Assembly: GCA_964234715.1 (NCBI GenBank)
Contig: OZ174280.1
Strand: one strand, 5' to 3'
Length of the DNA stretch: 64,000 bases
Source of the DNA: Podarcis melisellensis
Lineage: Eukaryota
Within the stretch, counting starts at the first letter, position 1. Every line of letters begins with the position of its first letter. The notes beneath the pieces are model-generated. The model ran no database searches, was not told where the DNA came from, and saw only the letters and a program-made list of their open reading frames with translations. Below are positions 59,026 to 64,000 of this stretch, piece by piece. Position numbers and translations under genes: made by a program.

Positions 59026-59212
59026 GTAAAGGACCCCTGGGTGGTTAAGTCCAGTCAAAGGCGACTATGGGGTATGGCACTCATCTCACTTTCAGGCCAA
59101 GGGAGCCAGCGTTTGCCCACAGACAGCCTTCCGGGTCATGTGGCCAGCATGACTAAATCGCTTCTGGTGCAACAAAACACCAGTGATGGAAGCCAGAGCC
59201 CACGGAAACGCC
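59026..59212 (-). mobile_element. Sauria SINE 3' half
   Basis: Homologous to 4610-4790 and to the reverse complement of 43900-44060. Confidence 0.8.
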
Positions 59213-61243
59213 AGACAGGGACAAGAATAAGTGTTTGCACATATTCTGCAATTATTTTTGTCCTGAACTTCACAAATTTCTTCCAACAATCTGATCTTAA
59301 GTTTGCGGGCAACTAACTATAGGCCTTTCCCCTATACTGCAGAGAAGCAGTACATGGAACTTGTATTTAGTTGTAAAATAAAGCCTGTACAAACCTATTC
59401 ATAGAAATGCTACTCATAGAAATGCTACATTCGTAAAGTGAATTCCACCATAACATCTCTTTTAATATATATCTATTCAGGTAAGAGAAAGAAATAGAAC
59501 TGATGATGAATTTATAAATCTGTATGCTGTATCCTTATGCAATAAGATGCAGTTCCAGTTGGAGAAACAGTTTTAGCACAGCAAGAAGTACAGCAACACT
59601 AAGGACTGTGAAGGACCTGCTCACTTAATTCTTTCCACATGATCCCTCCTATGTATGTGGAAAAGCCTGTGTGTGGATCTGGCGTAAACTTACAGAAGTC
59701 AGAAGACATTTCCACAGAAGAAGGAACACTTTTGCAACTACAAGAAATTGATTCTGGGCACCATGAGCTATATCCTCATACCATCCAATTTATACTGAGG
59801 TTATGCTGTGCAATTTGATATTGGGGTACAGTGAGTTTAGTGACTAGTAATCAAGTCTGCAAAAGTGCAATAGAATTTAGTTTCCCTGGCTGAGCAGTAA
59901 CAACTGGATCAGTGAACTGGGGCTTAAGATTAGCACCTGATGACCATAAAATAAGAATTTCAGAAAATTAAACTAAAAACACATACCACAGTGGGGAAGA
60001 CAAGTCACCCAAATGTTTGTATGCCTCCTCTGCCCCTCCTTCTCACACGCAACTCCTCCACTTCATATTTGCTAGCCATAGTTTGCCATCATTTCTGAGA
60101 CATAGGAATAGAAAGGGAAGCCTGCTGGTTGACTGGGTACTCCCAGTTACCAAACCACAACTTGTCTCAACTGAACCACCAGTGGAAGTGAAATAAACCA
60201 GAGGCTTCCACACATAAATCCTGAGTGTAATCAGTTTCAGTTCCTCTACAAATTCTCATTATAAGGCTTAACAGCCAGAAAGTACCATCATCCCAGCTTT
60301 GAAAAAGGAGGGTGGGGCAAACAGTAGCATGGCTATTTCTCACTGCAACAAAGTAATCACCCATCTTCATTAAGCATGGGATAAAATGAAGTATTCAACT
60401 GCCATGTGTGAAGGGAAGAAGGGGAAAGAGAAAGCACACAAGCTCAAGGACTGTACTTAAAAACATTTAACTGATTTGTCCTTGGCTTCCTGCACATGGT
60501 TTGTTTAAGGTAAACAAGTCATGAGCCCCTGACTCATGATAAGCCAGATTCTGCCTTGTTTCCTGATGGTGCAGTAGGAGCAGGGGAGGAGCAATAACTT
60601 TTAAACAGGATGTACCAGCACCCTGTACATTCACGTTAAACCACAGTTTCTTTTAAACCAGTTTAACGCAACATGTGAATTAAGCCATTTCAGTCTATTG
60701 TCTACCTGTGAAAATGCTGATGAAGCAGAGATGGCCTGAATTTTTAGAATTTCATTGAGAATTATGGTTCCTCAGCCAGATTAAGTTCCAAATATTTAAT
60801 ATGAGAAAATAATATTTTAACAATGCTGTTTAAAAATGAAAATAGCTCCAATTTTGTTATAATTAAAAATTAATGCATTTAAATTGGAGAGTATTATGAA
60901 ATGTCAAGGCAAATTATTTTTTGTATAAAATACAAGGAAAAGTTACACTTATAAAGTAACAAAATATCTTTTATTTGTGCAGACTAAGTGCCAAACTCAG
61001 TTCAAGTTTCTCAAAGGCCTTGGCAGTTACTAAAAATAACTACATGAAATATGCATTAAGACCTCAAGAGAGTTTACAAGTGAATACTTGAATTGCTGAA
61101 GAACAGCTTCCAAGCCAAAGAGTGATTTCATGCCAAAGTACAGCCACATGGCTAACCGCAACATGACTTATTTGTACCAAAAAGTGCTTCCATACAACAA
61201 TAAGCATTTTTTATTTACTTTTGCAGATACTATGCAAGCTCTA

Positions 61244-61284
61244 GCTAATTAAGCAATATGCAGTGCTAATTAAGCAATATGCAG
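61244..61284. repeat. Tandem duplication with a 21-bp period
   Basis: gctaattaagcaatatgcag-t-gctaattaagcaatatgcag. Confidence 0.9.
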
Positions 61285-64000
61285 CTGTCACAGAATAGAC
61301 TTTATACAGAAGGGATAACTATGCTTAGGATAAACTTCATCTACACCTTTACTAAAGTAATTGCTGGTGAAATTTAAAGGAGCCAACCCTTTCCTTGTAA
61401 TGGGCACCTCTTGTTCCCAACTAAAGGAAGAGTCACTCTCCTCTTAACAGGAGTACCTACCCCTGTCTACAAGGATGTGAACCTCTGGCCTATGGACCAA
61501 ATTTGGGCCAGCATGGGTCACATTTGGTCTGTGAGGCAGTTTCCCCCAAATCACACCTATCTAATCCACATCTGATGTTACGTGTGGAGCTGGTAGAGTT
61601 ACAGTTCAATTAGATGCACAACATAGTTCCCCATGGGGAACTCAACTGTGCAGCTTATCCTTGCAGAATGTAGCTTGAAATCACCACCCGTCAGTGGATC
61701 AAGTTCACCACCCGTACCCTTCTCCTACAGATATAACTTTTCCAGCTCAACCCTTTCTTTACAAGAGCTCCTGAGCCACCGTTGTGGTGTTCTATGGAGA
61801 GCAAAAAGTAAGAAATTTGACAAAAATTATCAACTTTGACTTTCTCTTTGGCCTTCAAACTATAGGAATACAATCTCTAGGTGAAAAGCGAAGAGTCTCC
61901 TCAATTGCACCATTCCCCACACCTAACAAAAGCAAACTACAGCCAAAGAAATTCTATCAATTTTTCAAGCACATGAAAATGACAATATTCCCCACTGGAG
62001 AATCTGCGTTGCTCCTCCCTGGATGTTTTAGCTTGGTGAGGCAGCTATGACCTTAACCACAAACCTGGTTTGGATGCCAAGTAAAAGCTTGGCTTAGCTA
62101 TTGCAATGTGCTAAAAATCTCGGAAAAGCAAAGCAGGTGCAAACTTCTCTCCAGAAGCATGTGCACTCTGTCCCAATAAGTTACACATTTGCTTCTAGTT
62201 TGTATATATCCATTAAGTGCCCTACCCTCCTTGCACAATGGTCTGCAAGGACTATAGACAGAAAACAACTGCTGGATTTGGAGGGCATAGGAAGCATTTC
62301 CTATTGAATATTCTCAAAGCGTAACATCTGTAAAGCATCATTAAGAACAAAAGATCAAATGGGAGAATGGTTAACCACAGGGGATGGAGTCCACTCAAAA
62401 CTATGCCACAGAATTCATTGCAATCACACTTTGATGCCTCCAGGTGCAATATAGCTTACAGAATCAGTGGGATGTGACTATCCTTACTGTCTTAGCACCC
62501 TTCTCTAATTTCTGATTTTGCAGAAGTTCTGTAACCACTGAGACAAGTGGGGTTTTCAGCTCAATAGAGCATGCACTTAGGAAGTGGTATTGCTGGTTCA
62601 ATGGTTCAAACATAGCTTTTGTAGTTTTCTGTCTCTAGTGGTGCCAAACTAAGTGACAAACTAGACATGGTAACAGTAGATCAGTGTTTAATCCAGATTT
62701 GTCCCAATCATTTAGGAAGAGGGAGTGAGGGGAGGTGTATGATCCCACGAGCAGATGGCATGCATGCAAAAGCTGTTTGACCCTTCTTGCAATCTGAACT
62801 CAGCTGTTGAAAAGGCTTGGGAAGAAGGACAATATGGAAGTAAGTGGGAAAGGGGAAAGGGAGAGATCTATATTCTTCACCCACATACCCCTCTTCTATT
62901 AAAACCAGTCTCTATTCACTGTCTAATAGTGTGGCTCCAGGTTTAAACAAGCAGCCTGGGAGGGTGGGTGTGTTCATATTGATCAGAAAATAACCGAAAG
63001 AAATAGCCTCTCCCTCACCTGTCCTTCATTCAGGCTTTCATTCAACTAATTCCACATTAATGTTTCTGGAAACGTATTACTGCAGTTGCTCTACATCCAG
63101 CTGAGGATTTGGTGCTCTGTAGTAGTGCAGGATGGCAACATATGTGATTGGTTTGCTAGAAAACTAATTTCTAAAGCAAGCAATTCAAAATAAGGCTGAC
63201 TGGTGTCAGTCCTCCCTCCCTTCCCTTAAAGAACCAGATGTGCTAACTTCCTTCAAACATAAGCACATAACCTCAAAATCTTTAATGTGTACAGACTCTC
63301 AAGTGGACATGTGAGAAAGAAGCCTGTAATACTTGATGTATAGCCATTCTTCGCTTCTACAGAACACAAATCTGCAACAGTGCAAAGATGCATTATTCAG
63401 TTCAGAATTCCTTTAGCAAGTTTGCTACACTTCCTTGATATCTTTGTTGCTTGAGTGAAGGGCATCAACAGAATCCACATATAATATTTTCCAGAAGACT
63501 CCAGCTCAAAGAACAGATGTGAAATCTTGGACACTTGAAACTATGTTCATGTGCTAATCTTATGCTAGATGCTAGATCTAACCCTTTTAGATCTCTAATT
63601 CTGCATTCAAAATTCATTCAGAATGAATCTGTGTCTCACCTAAACAGGAATTGAAAGGAAGAAAAGATATAGCATTCCTTTAACTATCTTGGGGTTGTAT
63701 CCAACTAAATACTTGTGCACGTGGGACAGCTTCAACTAGTTCATAAGAACTTCCTCTCCCTTTCCTCCTGCCGCACATACCCCATATCTGCTCCAAGGGT
63801 TTTCTCAACCCTCCAGTGCAAAACTGGAGGTGATATGAGGGGGCAGGCAGAGGAGAGGGAGGGGAAGCTCTGTTGCATGCACAGAACTTCTATGAGCACA
63901 ATTTTGTTGTTGAACAAAACCTGTTTTGAATCCAAGATGTTTCTTAACTAGCAACATAAAAACAACCAGTGCTAATGCAATAGTTTACATATGCTTATTA

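Noticed and set aside
53425-64000. Upstream TESK2 kinase exons (e.g. FMGVCVHQGQLHALTE-like)
   Set aside because: Not found by eye. They probably lie beyond the window end, though a short exon could have been missed.
1-64000. CRISPR arrays, prokaryotic operons, rRNA genes or endogenous viral ORFs
   Set aside because: None seen. The sequence is spliced vertebrate DNA, and the direct repeats present are TSDs, microsatellites or short tandem duplications.

Overview
Vertebrate genomic DNA, most likely from a lacertid lizard. The taxon is inferred from Sauria/Squam-type SINEs, CR1/L2/L1 fragments and lizard-type hAT and Tc1-mariner MITEs. The window holds the conserved gene block HPDL(+), MUTYH(-), TOE1(+), TESK2(-), in the same order and orientation as human 1p34.1. 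I reconstructed the splice structures by hand from GT-AG boundaries with consistent phases. HPDL has one coding exon (about 401 aa). MUTYH has 15 coding exons (522 aa). TOE1 has 7 coding exons (539 aa). Seven 3' coding exons of TESK2 are present, and its N-terminal exons were not found in the window. MUTYH and TOE1 share a divergent CpG-rich promoter region. Introns and intergenic DNA are rich in transposons, several nested and with readable target-site duplications (TSDs), and there are two N gaps. The most unexpected item is a decayed type II C-type-lectin (CLEC2/CD69-like) exon lying antisense inside a TESK2 intron. Other points of interest are a probable 5'UTR intron in HPDL, a young SINE inserted within 20 nt of a TESK2 splice donor, and a GC-rich Tc2-type MITE with an internal 260-bp duplication. 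There is also a possible cryptic mitochondrial-targeting first exon for MUTYH. I found no convincing wholly new multi-gene system.
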